A DNA stretch of 64,000 nucleotides from Thermodesulfobacteriota bacterium (GCA_963675595.2 CAXXLZ010000002.1:2752001-2816000); one strand, 5' to 3'. Counted from the stretch's first letter, positions 28,273 to 38,123 are shown. Made by a program: numbers and translations. The notes: a model not told the origin generated them from the sequence alone.

Positions 28273-29830
28273 TGGATTCCGTGATCCTTGCCAGAGCCAC
28301 GTTACCCTTCCGGTACAGAAGTTCATGGGGGGGCAACTCTTCGAGTTTGTCGACTCGGGTGAACGCGACTTCCCCCGCGGCCGGATCTCGGCGGGGGGTC
28401 GGAGAGCCACGGTATACGCTGAAGCTGGGCATGTCTACGCGCCACATGACCACATCCCAGCCTTTTTCTTTGGCAAGTTGTCCCACCTCTTTTACGGGCC
28501 CCTGAATGATGTTTCCAGCCGTTGGAATGATGGTGTGGGCGGCGAGAAAAGCAATGAGCAACCCGGAAAAAATGAGCCCCTGCCAGGGGGGAAGTTTTCG
28601 AGAAAAGGCCAAGGCGGCCACGACCGTCAATACGGCCAGGGTCCAGAAACGGTAGGACGCTCCCAGATGTTCCGCGGCATAATCCAGAACGGCCAAGGCC
28701 TCCACTTCGTGGACATGCGGGCGAACAAGGGCCGGCACCTGGGGCAGCAACGCCACCGCGATCAGGAGAAGCAAAGGAGGCGTGAAAGCGGCGAGGCGGC
28801 CCTTCAGTCGATCTCGGTGTACGGCCATAAGAATGAACAAAGGGGTTATGCCGTGCATGAGATAATGGGGGAGCTTGGTCCCTGAAAAAGAAAAGAAAAT
28901 CAGGACGAAGCCGAACCAGATCCAAAGGAAACGTTCGAGGGGGTTCTTCAGCGAGGAGCGGAACCTTGGGATCATTTTCAGGAGAAGGCCTGTAAACGGC
29001 AGCACGATGACCAGCGTTACGAGGGGATAATAATAAAGTCCTCCACTATGGCCTTCCATGGGCGAAAGATACCGACTCACGTTGTGTCTCAGGAAAAAGC
29101 CGTCGATAAAAGGCTGACCTTCCTTGACATACTGGGCCACGTACCAGGGAAACGTCGTGAGGGCGAAAATCGCCGGACCTGCGGGACGCGTCACGGCTCG
29201 CAACCAGTCCCGCCAACGTCCCTCGAATAGAAAGAAGAGGAAACCCACGGCCAAAGGGACGAGCACCGCAATCGGTCCTTTGGTGAGAAACCCCAGAGCG
29301 GACCATAGGAACACTCGATTTCTACGGGCGGGAGAGCCGTCCAGGGCGTAGAGGTAGGTCTCGAAAAGGCTGAGGGCGATGAACAGATTAACCACCGCAT
29401 CCGCTGTGGCCGCCCGTCCCAGCACCAACATCCATAAGCTGCCCGCTCCCATGAGAGCGGCGGTGAAAGCGCTTTCCCGATCCAACACTTTTTCGGTGAA
29501 GCGAAATATGGACAGAACCCAAAGGGCGGACGCAAGGGCCGAAGGGAGTCTGAAGGCGGTTTCGTTCACGCCCAACAAAAGAACGCTCAGGGCCTGCAGC
29601 CAATAGATCAGGATCGGCTTGTCGTATCTTGGAACGCCGTTGAGATAGGTGGAAATAAAATCTCCCCGCTCGAACATCTCCCTTGTGGCTTCACTGAAGG
29701 CTCCTTCATCCACGTCAAAGAGCGGCGCGGCGCCCAAGTTATAGAAGAAGGAAATCGCCAATGCCGCGAAGAGAAACCAGATGGAATACTTACTGAAATC
29801 CAACCCGCTATTCGGCGCGTGCTGTGTCAT
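28265..29830 (-). CDS. ArnT/PMT-family (GT-C) glycosyltransferase
   Basis: FDVDEGAF, DKPILIYW, FRLPSAL, LTKGP, TKLPHY. Confidence 0.9.
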   Translation of the reverse strand: MTQHAPNSGLDFSKYSIWFLFAALAISFFYNLGAAPLFDVDEGAFSEATREMFERGDFISTYLNGVPRYDKPILIYWLQALSVLLLGVNETAFRLPSALASALWVLSIFRFTEKVLDRESAFTAALMGAGSLWMLVLGRAATADAVVNLFIALSLFETYLYALDGSPARRNRVFLWSALGFLTKGPIAVLVPLAVGFLFFLFEGRWRDWLRAVTRPAGPAIFALTTFPWYVAQYVKEGQPFIDGFFLRHNVSRYLSPMEGHSGGLYYYPLVTLVIVLPFTGLLLKMIPRFRSSLKNPLERFLWIWFGFVLIFFSFSGTKLPHYLMHGITPLFILMAVHRDRLKGRLAAFTPPLLLLIAVALLPQVPALVRPHVHEVEALAVLDYAAEHLGASYRFWTLAVLTVVAALAFSRKLPPWQGLIFSGLLIAFLAAHTIIPTAGNIIQGPVKEVGQLAKEKGWDVVMWRVDMPSFSVYRGSPTPRRDPAAGEVAFTRVDKLEELPPHELLYRKGNVALARITESNE

Positions 29831-30848
29831 GTTCGGTATACCAAGACTCTCCCGGAGCCGATCCCGGACTCGGTTCGGTGGGACGAACCACGTAGGATTT
29901 CACTTCGGAGGATTCAAAATAGGTTCGTGCAATGAATTCGGCAATGATGCCGGTGGTCAGGAACTGAAGGCAGGCGATCACCGAAACCACCCCCACGAGC
30001 AGCAGAGGGCGTGTGCCGATGTTTTCACCGAGAATGATTTTGACAAAGCCCAAATACCCGAGAATCGCCCCCCCGGCAAGGCCGAAGGCGATTCCGATGC
30101 TTCCGAAAAAGTGTCCGGGCCGAGCGCGATATTTCATGAAGAAGTAGACGACCAGCAGGTCCAGAATGGTACGAAACGTTCTTGAGAGGCCGTACTTCGA
30201 CTGTCCGTATTTCCTGGGATGATGCGTGACCTCTTCCTCGGCGATGCGTGAAACCGAGGTGAAGGCGGCCATCCACGCCGGAATGAAGCGGTGCATTTCA
30301 CCGTACAGTCGTACGTTCTTGATCACCGAAGCCCGGTAGATCTTGAGGCTGCAGCCATAGTCGTGCAATCGGATCCCCGTGACCCAGCCGATCAGTCGAT
30401 TGGCGATCCAGGAAGGAACCTTGCGGACGATCAGGCTGTCTCTTCGATTCTTCCTCCATCCCACCAGCAAGTCCAGATCTTCGTTGAACAGTCGTTCCAC
30501 AAGACGGGGTATGTCTTTAGGATCGTTTTGAAGATCCCCGTCCAGTGTTGCGATGAAAGCGCCCCGCGCCGCGTCGATGCCGGCCTGCATGGCGGCCGTC
30601 TGGCCGAAATTGCGCTGCAGGGTTACGACGCGCACATGGGGACCGTAAGACTCTCGCAGTTCCTTAAGGCGTGCCGGGGTGCGGTCCTTGCTTCCGTCGT
30701 CCACGAAAATGCATTCCCAGGGATGAGCATAGGCCTTCATGGCCTGATGGATCCATTCGGCCAAAATGACGACGTTCTCCGCTTCGTTATAAACGGGAAC
30801 AACCACGGAAACGGATTTTGAATCTGGTGGGTCCGATTGTTGAGTCAT
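29808..30848 (-). CDS. GT2 polyprenol-phosphate glycosyltransferase (ArnC-like)
   Basis: VPVYNE, VDDGSKD, RNFGQTAA, DGDLQNDP, HRFIP, two C-terminal TM helices. Confidence 0.92.
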   Translation of the reverse strand: MTQQSDPPDSKSVSVVVPVYNEAENVVILAEWIHQAMKAYAHPWECIFVDDGSKDRTPARLKELRESYGPHVRVVTLQRNFGQTAAMQAGIDAARGAFIATLDGDLQNDPKDIPRLVERLFNEDLDLLVGWRKNRRDSLIVRKVPSWIANRLIGWVTGIRLHDYGCSLKIYRASVIKNVRLYGEMHRFIPAWMAAFTSVSRIAEEEVTHHPRKYGQSKYGLSRTFRTILDLLVVYFFMKYRARPGHFFGSIGIAFGLAGGAILGYLGFVKIILGENIGTRPLLLVGVVSVIACLQFLTTGIIAEFIARTYFESSEVKSYVVRPTEPSPGSAPGESWYTEHDTARAE

Positions 30849-31035
30849 GGGCTTGCTTTTCGGTTCCAGGCTTCAGACAGCGGAAGATACGGAGCTTCCG
30901 GGGAATTCCCGGGCCTCGAAGGAGACGGAGGGCTCCTCGGATTTAAGCTACCCGGTTGCCTGCTCGACTAATGGATCCCCGCTTCGGAGTCAAGTCCCAA
31001 CCATCCCGGAAAAGAGTGAGGTGGGATCCGCGGAC

Positions 31036-31066
31036 AAAAAACCCGCGCCCCGAAGGGCGCGGGTTT
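31036..31066 (-). terminator. Rho-independent terminator of the porin gene
   Basis: Plus strand aaacccgcgccc-cgaa-gggcgcgggttt; A6 run at 31036-31041 gives a U tract on the minus strand. Confidence 0.85.
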
Positions 31067-31090
31067 CCGTTCGGCCGATTTCAGACCGAT

Positions 31091-32239
31091 TTAGAACACG
31101 AACTGGAACTGGACACCGACCAGCAGGTCGCTTCCGAGATCCTTCTGGCCGCCTTCGGTGACGTTGACGTCGTCGCCAAAGTTGTACCAGCCGATTTCAG
31201 GGCTGAGGGTGAAGTTACCCGAAATGGAGTAAGGAACGCGAGCGACCAGCATGTAGCGGGTGTTCTCGTCGTCGTTTTCCCACAGGTCGTTTTCCACATG
31301 CTGAATACCACCGATGAGGTGAACGGCCAGAGGCTTGCCGCCGAAGGACACGTCAAAGTAACCGCCCCAGCAGAAGGTGCTCTCGGTGCCGCCGTCCTCG
31401 TCGATCTGTACGTTCGGGCTGGCGTTATGTCCGCTGTAACCCGCGTTGTAGTAAGTCCTGTACAGGTTGCCCACGTTGTCGCCGAAGTGAGCGGAAACCT
31501 TGGCGCCGATCATACCGGCTTTGATGGAGACGGGAACTTCCACCACCCACCCAAAGACGGAGCTGTCTTTGTTGGGGGTGTCTTCCGCGTCGGCATGCAG
31601 GAAGGTCACGTTGGGCAGGACGGAGAAGTTGGCGCTGTTGAAACCACCCACCAAATGGACTCTCGGGATGACGTTGTATTCTTCGCCGGTGCCGAAAATT
31701 CCGAAGGGATAGGTGTTGGAAACGCCGACCGCAAAGTAGAGCGGGCCGCCCTGATAAATCAGGTTGACCTGAGCGGCACGGTCATAGATGTTACCAAAGC
31801 CGATGCCGATGATCTTGCCGGCGCGGCCGAGGCCGAAGAGCTGCGTGGGGTTCTGACGGCAGGCGCCGATGGGTTCGGTGTGCCCGGCCTCAATGGTCAT
31901 GGGACCGAAGTTGTACCATCCGTAAAGTTTACGGAAGTTGACGTTGGCGAAGCCCACGCCGGCGCTGTCGTTATCACTGCCCACTCCGAGTTCGAAGTAG
32001 CCGCCGCATTCCTCGGTGGTGCACTTGGAATACAGTCTGGAGTGATGAGGCATGCTCACGAACACATCGCCCACCGAGCTGTCAACGGTGGGATTCTGGC
32101 TAAGCACACGGTCTTCGTTGCGATAGTAGTAACCCACGTCGGTGTAAGCCATCATACCAACCACAAAGTCCGCCTTCGCGGGTACCGCAAAGCTCACCGC
32201 GATGACCAAAGCCGCGGCCACCAAAAACAACCTTCTCAT
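31091..32239 (-). CDS. Outer-membrane porin
   Basis: Signal peptide ending AKA, Gly/aromatic-rich strands, C-terminal VGVQFQFVF, strong SD aggagg. Confidence 0.85.
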   Translation of the reverse strand: MRRLFLVAAALVIAVSFAVPAKADFVVGMMAYTDVGYYYRNEDRVLSQNPTVDSSVGDVFVSMPHHSRLYSKCTTEECGGYFELGVGSDNDSAGVGFANVNFRKLYGWYNFGPMTIEAGHTEPIGACRQNPTQLFGLGRAGKIIGIGFGNIYDRAAQVNLIYQGGPLYFAVGVSNTYPFGIFGTGEEYNVIPRVHLVGGFNSANFSVLPNVTFLHADAEDTPNKDSSVFGWVVEVPVSIKAGMIGAKVSAHFGDNVGNLYRTYYNAGYSGHNASPNVQIDEDGGTESTFCWGGYFDVSFGGKPLAVHLIGGIQHVENDLWENDDENTRYMLVARVPYSISGNFTLSPEIGWYNFGDDVNVTEGGQKDLGSDLLVGVQFQFVF

Positions 32240-32406
32240 GTTCTCTCCTCCTAATGATTCGTCAATTGCTGACCGGACCCTCTAAATCCGGCCAATTGTA
32301 CAACTCACCAACTCCCTCTAACAAAGACTCTCCGTGTCACCTCCTCACCTGTTGGATTTGAGGGGAAAAATCCCCTCCCATTGAGCGTATCCGGCTCAAT
32401 AATCGC

Positions 32407-32435
32407 CGAATAACATTACCCATAGATTGTGTCAA
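32407..32435 (-). promoter_or_regulatory. Putative sigma70 promoter of the porin
   Basis: Perfect TTGACA, 17-nt spacer ending in TGt, weak -10 TATTCG; AT-rich upstream. Confidence 0.5.
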
Positions 32436-32474
32436 GATTTTTTTGCAGAAATGTGTGGTCTTTTCAATACCCTA

Positions 32475-33068
32475 CTACGCCTCTACACGCCGGTCCTTCT
32501 TGCGCCTCGCGCCCGGCAAAGGACGCATCTCCGCTCCCTTGCCCAATTCCTTCAAGTGGACATGGATCCCTCTGAAAAAAGGCAGCCGCCATCGCACCTG
32601 TTTGAACAAAATCCGCATGAGAATATAAAAAAGCAGGAACGGAAACGCGTACCCCACCCGGTTTCCCGCGAAAGGCAGAGGAAAGGGCAATTCGAACGGA
32701 ACCCCGGAAAAACGTTTGCCCATCCAGTCGAGCGCCAAAGGAATCGGCCAAAGCATTCCCGCTCCCAGGGCGATCTGGTAGAAGAAGGACCGGCCGAAAG
32801 CATCGTTGGCTTGCTTGTTGCACGCCGTGTACCCCGCCTTGTCCCCCAACTCCAGCGCCTCCATGGACAGATTGTGCATTTTGACCATTTCCTCGTTGTG
32901 ATCCCGGATGAATTTCCGATTGATCAACAGGGCCGACGCCATGGTCAGTTCGCCGCACAGCACCGCCAGCAAAGCCAGCACCGCCGTCCCCAGGTAGAAG
33001 CCCAGCCACGGGTTCTCCGGAACGCGGTACCCGTAAATCAAAAGGGCGTCCATCCATTCAGGCCACAT
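32475..33068 (-). CDS. Hypothetical membrane protein
   Basis: About three TM segments; directly downstream of the TauE gene; start chosen at ATG 33068 (ORF extends to 33107). Confidence 0.7.
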   Translation of the reverse strand: MWPEWMDALLIYGYRVPENPWLGFYLGTAVLALLAVLCGELTMASALLINRKFIRDHNEEMVKMHNLSMEALELGDKAGYTACNKQANDAFGRSFFYQIALGAGMLWPIPLALDWMGKRFSGVPFELPFPLPFAGNRVGYAFPFLLFYILMRILFKQVRWRLPFFRGIHVHLKELGKGAEMRPLPGARRKKDRRVEA

Positions 33069-33114
33069 ATTCCCCTGTTCCCATTCCCACAGGCCGTCGG
33101 CCCGCACCGAAACA

Positions 33115-34263
33115 TCAGAAAGGCGGCAGCCAACTCGTTCCTAAGAAGCCCTTGGTGGTGTAACGAATACCCACGTAAAGCGCCAATACCACGAACAACC
33201 TCTTGAGCCAGATGTCCGGTATATACTTGGAGGTTCTGGGACCGATCATGGATCCCACGAAGATTCCGATTAATTCCACGCCGATGAGCCCCCAATGGAC
33301 CGGAACGTCCTTGCTGACCATGTAGGTCGTAACGGAAATCACCATGCCCACGAGCACCGTCAATGCGGAAGTACCGGCCACCAGGAACATGGGCAGACCG
33401 GCTATGGAGGTCAGAAAAGGAACGAACAGGAATCCGCCGCCCACGCCGATGAAAGAAGCCATCGCGGCAATGAGCAGACCGCCGATAACCGGCACGATGG
33501 GGGTAAAGCTGAATTCGGCTCCGAAGAAGGTAAAGTGCACTTTCGCGGGGCTCCAACTCAAGACTTTGACCCCTTGCTCCAGTGCGGCGCTCGAATCCTT
33601 TTGTTTGACGGATTTCTCGAAAGCCGCGGCCGCCGCTTTGGCCGCTTTCTTTCGGGCCTGACCCCTCGGAGTGGTTTCATAGAAAAGGAATCCGCCGATA
33701 ATCAAGACCACCAGTCCGAAGTACCCCAAGTACTCTCGGAGATTGATCTTGCCCGCGGTGAATACGGGTATCAGGTAGGACCCCAGGATCGAGCCCAATG
33801 CAAGACAGATCCCCAGAGGAAGCACCAGTCTCCGCATGCGATAGTAGTTGAGAGAACTGATGAAGGCGCTCAAGCCCACCAGCCACTGGTTCGAAACCCG
33901 AATCGAGTCCGTGATCGTCTTGTTCAGCGGATGTCCTTTGCCGAAAGACTTGGCATAGTCCCCCAGTCCGAAAACCGTGATGTGGCCCACTCCGGCCATG
34001 ATGCCCCCGAAGGCGCCCACACTGGAGAAAATCCACCCCACCCAGATCGCCCAGAAAAAGCCCACCACATAGCTCACCTGAGGCCCGCCGGGGATCCCCA
34101 GAAATCCGGGAGCGGCGTTGGGGTCCAACCGCCCGCTTTCGATGCCCGCTTGAATGGCGTCGGAAAGGGTATCCGCGAAAGCGGGCGCCGCAATCAATAA
34201 ACCAACGGATAGAAGAAGCCAAACCGCCAACCCGACCGAACACATCCTCACACCAAGCTTCAT
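33115..34263 (-). CDS. Sulfite exporter TauE/SafE (TSUP) family protein
   Basis: VGAFGGIMAG and GVGGGFLFVP repeats, VAGTS; N-terminal signal-like extension; SD ggaggt. Confidence 0.88.
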   Translation of the reverse strand: MKLGVRMCSVGLAVWLLLSVGLLIAAPAFADTLSDAIQAGIESGRLDPNAAPGFLGIPGGPQVSYVVGFFWAIWVGWIFSSVGAFGGIMAGVGHITVFGLGDYAKSFGKGHPLNKTITDSIRVSNQWLVGLSAFISSLNYYRMRRLVLPLGICLALGSILGSYLIPVFTAGKINLREYLGYFGLVVLIIGGFLFYETTPRGQARKKAAKAAAAAFEKSVKQKDSSAALEQGVKVLSWSPAKVHFTFFGAEFSFTPIVPVIGGLLIAAMASFIGVGGGFLFVPFLTSIAGLPMFLVAGTSALTVLVGMVISVTTYMVSKDVPVHWGLIGVELIGIFVGSMIGPRTSKYIPDIWLKRLFVVLALYVGIRYTTKGFLGTSWLPPF

Positions 34264-34404
34264 TCGTCACCTCCAGACCGTTTCAACCGCAGGGGCCTTT
34301 TCACCCCGCCGTCACGGGTTGTTATGAAATTCTTCCATATCTCCCGGCTTCAGCCGGGAAGTTACCTGCATGAGCCGAGCCCTCTCCAACCTTCGCACCC
34401 GAGA

Positions 34405-35244
34405 TCATTCCACTCCGAGCTCTTCTTTGATGCGTCGGATGATGTTCAGAAACGCCCGCGCCACATCCGAATCCGGACGCGCTTCGAACACGGGTGTGCC
34501 GTTGTCGCTTAGGGAAACCAATTCAGGATCCAAAGGAATCCCGCCCAGAAACGGCAGCCCGGCTTCCGATGCCAGCCTTTTCCCGCCTCCGGTCTTGAAC
34601 GGATCGATGACCCCGCCGCAGTGAGGACACACGAGCCCGCTCATGTTCTCCACAATCCCCATTCGCAGGTTCAGTCGGCGACAAAATTGTACGGACTTGC
34701 GCACGTCGGCCAGCGAAAGCTCTTGGGAAGTGGTCACGATCACCGCGAAGGCGTCCGGAATCATACGAGCCGCGGTCATGGGCTCGTCGCCGGTACCGGG
34801 CGGCGCGTCCACCACGAGATAATCCAGGTCTCCCCAAGGAACATCCGCGACGAATTGACGGATCATGTTGGTTTTGAGGGGGCCTTTCCAGATAACCGAC
34901 GCGTCCTTGTCGCGAAGGAGCGATTCCACGGACATGACCTCAAAGCCTTCGCGATAGACGACGGGGTCCATGGTCCGGTCCTCCCGGACCCGAGTCATCC
35001 GGTCCTTGATTCCGAGGAGTCCGGGTACGCTGGGACCATGTAGATCCACGTCCAGCAGGCCCACTTTGGAGCCTTCGGCATACAACCCGCAGGCCAGGTT
35101 CACGGCAACGGTGCTCTTACCCACCCCACCCTTGCCGCTCATGACCAACAGCTTGTGCCTGATATGGTCGAGAGACCGCCGGATCATTTCATCCTGGAGG
35201 GCTTTCACGGCACCCCGACAAGATTTCCCTTTTTCAGCGGTCAT
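34405..35244 (-). CDS. mrp: Mrp/NBP35 (ApbC) Fe-S carrier ATPase
   Basis: SGKGGVGKST, DVDLHGPS, DAPPGTGDE, ENMSGLVCPHC. Confidence 0.92.
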   Translation of the reverse strand: MTAEKGKSCRGAVKALQDEMIRRSLDHIRHKLLVMSGKGGVGKSTVAVNLACGLYAEGSKVGLLDVDLHGPSVPGLLGIKDRMTRVREDRTMDPVVYREGFEVMSVESLLRDKDASVIWKGPLKTNMIRQFVADVPWGDLDYLVVDAPPGTGDEPMTAARMIPDAFAVIVTTSQELSLADVRKSVQFCRRLNLRMGIVENMSGLVCPHCGGVIDPFKTGGGKRLASEAGLPFLGGIPLDPELVSLSDNGTPVFEARPDSDVARAFLNIIRRIKEELGVE

Positions 35245-35346
35245 CGGTCCGCCTCTGAAATCTCCGAATCCATAAATACCTCATAGAATCTCTTCACGAA
35301 ACCCCACCCGCTCGAACGATACGAGCGCGGAAGTCATGGCGCCTCA

Positions 35347-36504
35347 TCAGCCGCGACCGGCCCCGGCCGTCTTCATGGTCTCGATCTCCTCGGCGGGGCG
35401 GCCGCCTCCCATTGTGCGTCCCATTCGGTCCCGCAAAGCGGACCTCACCGCTTCCATCTCTTCGTCGTCCGGAATGTAAGGGTAGTTCCACTGGCGCACG
35501 CCGGGCAGACAGTTCCCGAAGGGACGATTGCACGCCACTTCCCCGTCCCTGCCGGGACAACCCGAGGTCATAAAAGGAGTCCGCCGCTCCACGGTTTCCA
35601 GAAAAACCTTCTCCGGAACCCCGAAGTCCCGGATGCGGCCGGCGTCGTCGAAACGCATGCTCTCGGCCCGGACTTGGTTTTCCTCGATGAGAAAACGGGC
35701 GACCTGCAACATGAGGTACTCATCCCAAGGAGGCTGGGGTAGATGTGCAAGCCGAGAATTCGATTCCGCGAAGAAACTGAACAGGTGGATCAGAGCCCCC
35801 GCATCGTGAACGCGCTGGAAGACTTCCACAAGCCGGCGTTGAGTTTCCCCCAGCCCCACGATCAGATGCACGCTCACTCGGAACTCCCCGAAAATGCTTA
35901 CCGAATCGTGAACCGTTCGCCAATATCGGTCCCAACGATGAGGCCCCCGTACGCCCGCTCCACGAAACTCCTTGAAAAGGTCTTCGTCGGCGGCATCCAG
36001 AGCCACCCCGATCATGTCGGCGCCGGCATCGCGGTAAGCTTCCAGGTCCTTTGAGGACAACACGGTGGGAGCGCAAAGAACGGAAAGAGGGAGATCGCAG
36101 GCCGAAGTGATGGTACGAGTGAGATTCAAGGTATCCCGTACCGCCCGCGGATGAGTGACCATTGAGATGCAAACCCGTCGCAATCTTTGCGATTGCGTCC
36201 TCATGCGCTCAATGATTTCCGAGACCGGCAGCGTGGGCCACCCCACTTTGATGAAGCTCTTTTCCTCATACTCTCCGGGACGATGGCGCGCCAAACCGCA
36301 ATAGGCGCAATTGGCGCGACAGCCTTCCGCGTAGGTCAGAAGAAGATTCACACAAGGATTTTTCGCACCTCGGTAAAAACGGCCCGGCAAGAACCCGAGC
36401 TCCATGGCGGTGGCCGTGCTCAGTTTCAGCACATCCGGGCTCTCCAGACGGACTTCCGGTTCACCGCAGGCGCCCTGAGGTTGAAAAACTTCCGTATCAG
36501 CCAT
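35347..36504 (-). CDS. Radical SAM protein, LipS2-like sulfur insertase
   Basis: CRANCAYC; HLIVGLGET; C-terminal TSGCPG...ACNRP resembling the TxGCPxC(N/D)RP motif of LipS2. Confidence 0.75.
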   Translation of the reverse strand: MADTEVFQPQGACGEPEVRLESPDVLKLSTATAMELGFLPGRFYRGAKNPCVNLLLTYAEGCRANCAYCGLARHRPGEYEEKSFIKVGWPTLPVSEIIERMRTQSQRLRRVCISMVTHPRAVRDTLNLTRTITSACDLPLSVLCAPTVLSSKDLEAYRDAGADMIGVALDAADEDLFKEFRGAGVRGPHRWDRYWRTVHDSVSIFGEFRVSVHLIVGLGETQRRLVEVFQRVHDAGALIHLFSFFAESNSRLAHLPQPPWDEYLMLQVARFLIEENQVRAESMRFDDAGRIRDFGVPEKVFLETVERRTPFMTSGCPGRDGEVACNRPFGNCLPGVRQWNYPYIPDDEEMEAVRSALRDRMGRTMGGGRPAEEIETMKTAGAGRG

Positions 36505-37600
36505 GGGCTTCCTTTGCTGATTCCAATAGTCCGGAAGACGAAGGAGTGGGCCGTTTCGCGGCTACAACGGCTTCCGCCAGAGCTTCGGGATCCACTCCGT
36601 GAATCATGTCCGGCACCCAGACCTTCCGGATGGCTTCCAGAACCGATTCCTTTCCCACATAGGTCCATTTCAGCGCCGACTCGATCCGATTTACCGATTC
36701 CACGGATGAAAAGAAATCCCCGGTAATCACCACCTGATCGATGACGTTGCCGGCAGTGGAAAGGTACACTTGGAGCAGCCCGCCCGGTGTCTTTCGGAGC
36801 GCTTCCCCCATGCGGGACCGTGGATGCTTGTGGGAAAAGACCCAGGACGGATCGCGGTAACGGTTCATTTCCAACTCCCGCGCCGTCCGTTCTTCCCATT
36901 CCGTGGGGCTCGAGTTTTCGAAACGGACCTGCAACTCCTCCTCGAAGGATCGGATCACGGCCCTTATCACTTCGTCCATCCCCGGGTTCCGTCCCGCCTC
37001 CCGGGAAATGGTGGTCAATCTTTCGCTGAAACAGCTGTATCCTTTGTCGTAGATCTTCTCCGTGGGCGTGTTCATGATGTCCAGCATGAGGTCCACGTCG
37101 AATTCCACCAGAAGACTCGCATGAAACAGCACCGCATTGCCGATTTCATTGGAAGCGGACAAACCCGCCAGCTTTTTGCCGCTCACCTCGATATCGTTCT
37201 TGGGACGAAATCCGGCTTCGATTCCCAGAGCTTCCAAAGCACGCATCACCGCCCGACTCATGGCCTGGAAAAGGCTCCGGATCCCTTTTCCGGTTCTTGA
37301 GTTTCCAAGAGAGACTCCGAGCCCGAGAGCCACCACCTCCGGCCCCATGATCACCGTTCCGCCGCCGGTGCTCCTGCGATTATAGGCAACGCCTCGATCT
37401 TTGCACCGATCGAGCTTCAGAGCGGCCCGTATGTCCTGGTATCGCCCCACGATGGCGGCGGGTTCAAAAGTATATAGATGAAGAATGGGAGGGGAATTCC
37501 GCTGAAAAACGGCATGGGGCAACATATCGTCCACGGACAGGCCTTCCGTGACGGGCACACGACGTTTCCAGTCTTCGAAGAGTCTCCACGTTTCCGTCAT
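36497..37600 (-). CDS. Lipoate-protein ligase with fused C-terminal accessory domain (Lpl(AB) type)
   Basis: RRSTGGGTV, PKNDI...GKKLAG, C-terminal KTPGGL...ITGDFF. Confidence 0.9.
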   Translation of the reverse strand: MTETWRLFEDWKRRVPVTEGLSVDDMLPHAVFQRNSPPILHLYTFEPAAIVGRYQDIRAALKLDRCKDRGVAYNRRSTGGGTVIMGPEVVALGLGVSLGNSRTGKGIRSLFQAMSRAVMRALEALGIEAGFRPKNDIEVSGKKLAGLSASNEIGNAVLFHASLLVEFDVDLMLDIMNTPTEKIYDKGYSCFSERLTTISREAGRNPGMDEVIRAVIRSFEEELQVRFENSSPTEWEERTARELEMNRYRDPSWVFSHKHPRSRMGEALRKTPGGLLQVYLSTAGNVIDQVVITGDFFSSVESVNRIESALKWTYVGKESVLEAIRKVWVPDMIHGVDPEALAEAVVAAKRPTPSSSGLLESAKEAHG

Positions 37601-37604
37601 GAAA

Positions 37605-38045
37605 TCACGATGTCTTGGCGCGTTCTTCTTCCGCGTGGGAGATTTCCCGATCGATCCATTCCTTCACCGCGTCTCCATGGAACAGCTTGGAGAGCTCCTC
37701 ATCCAGATCCGAGGGCTTCATCCGAAACACCCAACCGCCCCCATAAGGGTCCGTGTTGACCAAAGTGACTTCGTCTTCCAGGTCCTCGTTCACCTCGATG
37801 ATCGTGCCGGAGAGGGGAGAGCACAGTTTGCCGATCCACTTACGGCTCTGAATCTTTCCGCAGACTTCCCCCTGCTCCACTTCGTCGTCTTCCTCGGGCA
37901 TGTCCACAAACACGATCTCTCCGGCCTCTTTCTGAAAGAAATCGTTCATCCCCACCGTTACGCTCCCGTCCTCTTCAAGGCGGGCCCAACTATGTTCCTC
38001 GTGATAGTAAAGATCATCAGGCAGCGAAAAATCCTGGAATTCCAT
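37605..38045 (-). CDS. GcvH-like lipoyl-carrier protein (LbpA type)
   Basis: YHEEHSWAR, lipoyl-Lys motif IQSRKWIG, SPLSG, NTDPYGGGW; SD aaggag. Confidence 0.88.
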   Translation of the reverse strand: MEFQDFSLPDDLYYHEEHSWARLEEDGSVTVGMNDFFQKEAGEIVFVDMPEEDDEVEQGEVCGKIQSRKWIGKLCSPLSGTIIEVNEDLEDEVTLVNTDPYGGGWVFRMKPSDLDEELSKLFHGDAVKEWIDREISHAEEERAKTS

Positions 38046-38123
38046 GGCCCTTCTCTCCTTTCTCAGCAACGCGCCAACCGATCCCGCCGGGTGAAGTCCA
38101 CCGTCTTCCCGGCCCGATTCGTC

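Noticed and set aside
37605-38045. Annotation as glycine cleavage system H protein (gcvH)
   Set aside because: No gcvP/gcvT nearby and the Lys motif is KWIG, so the symbol was withheld
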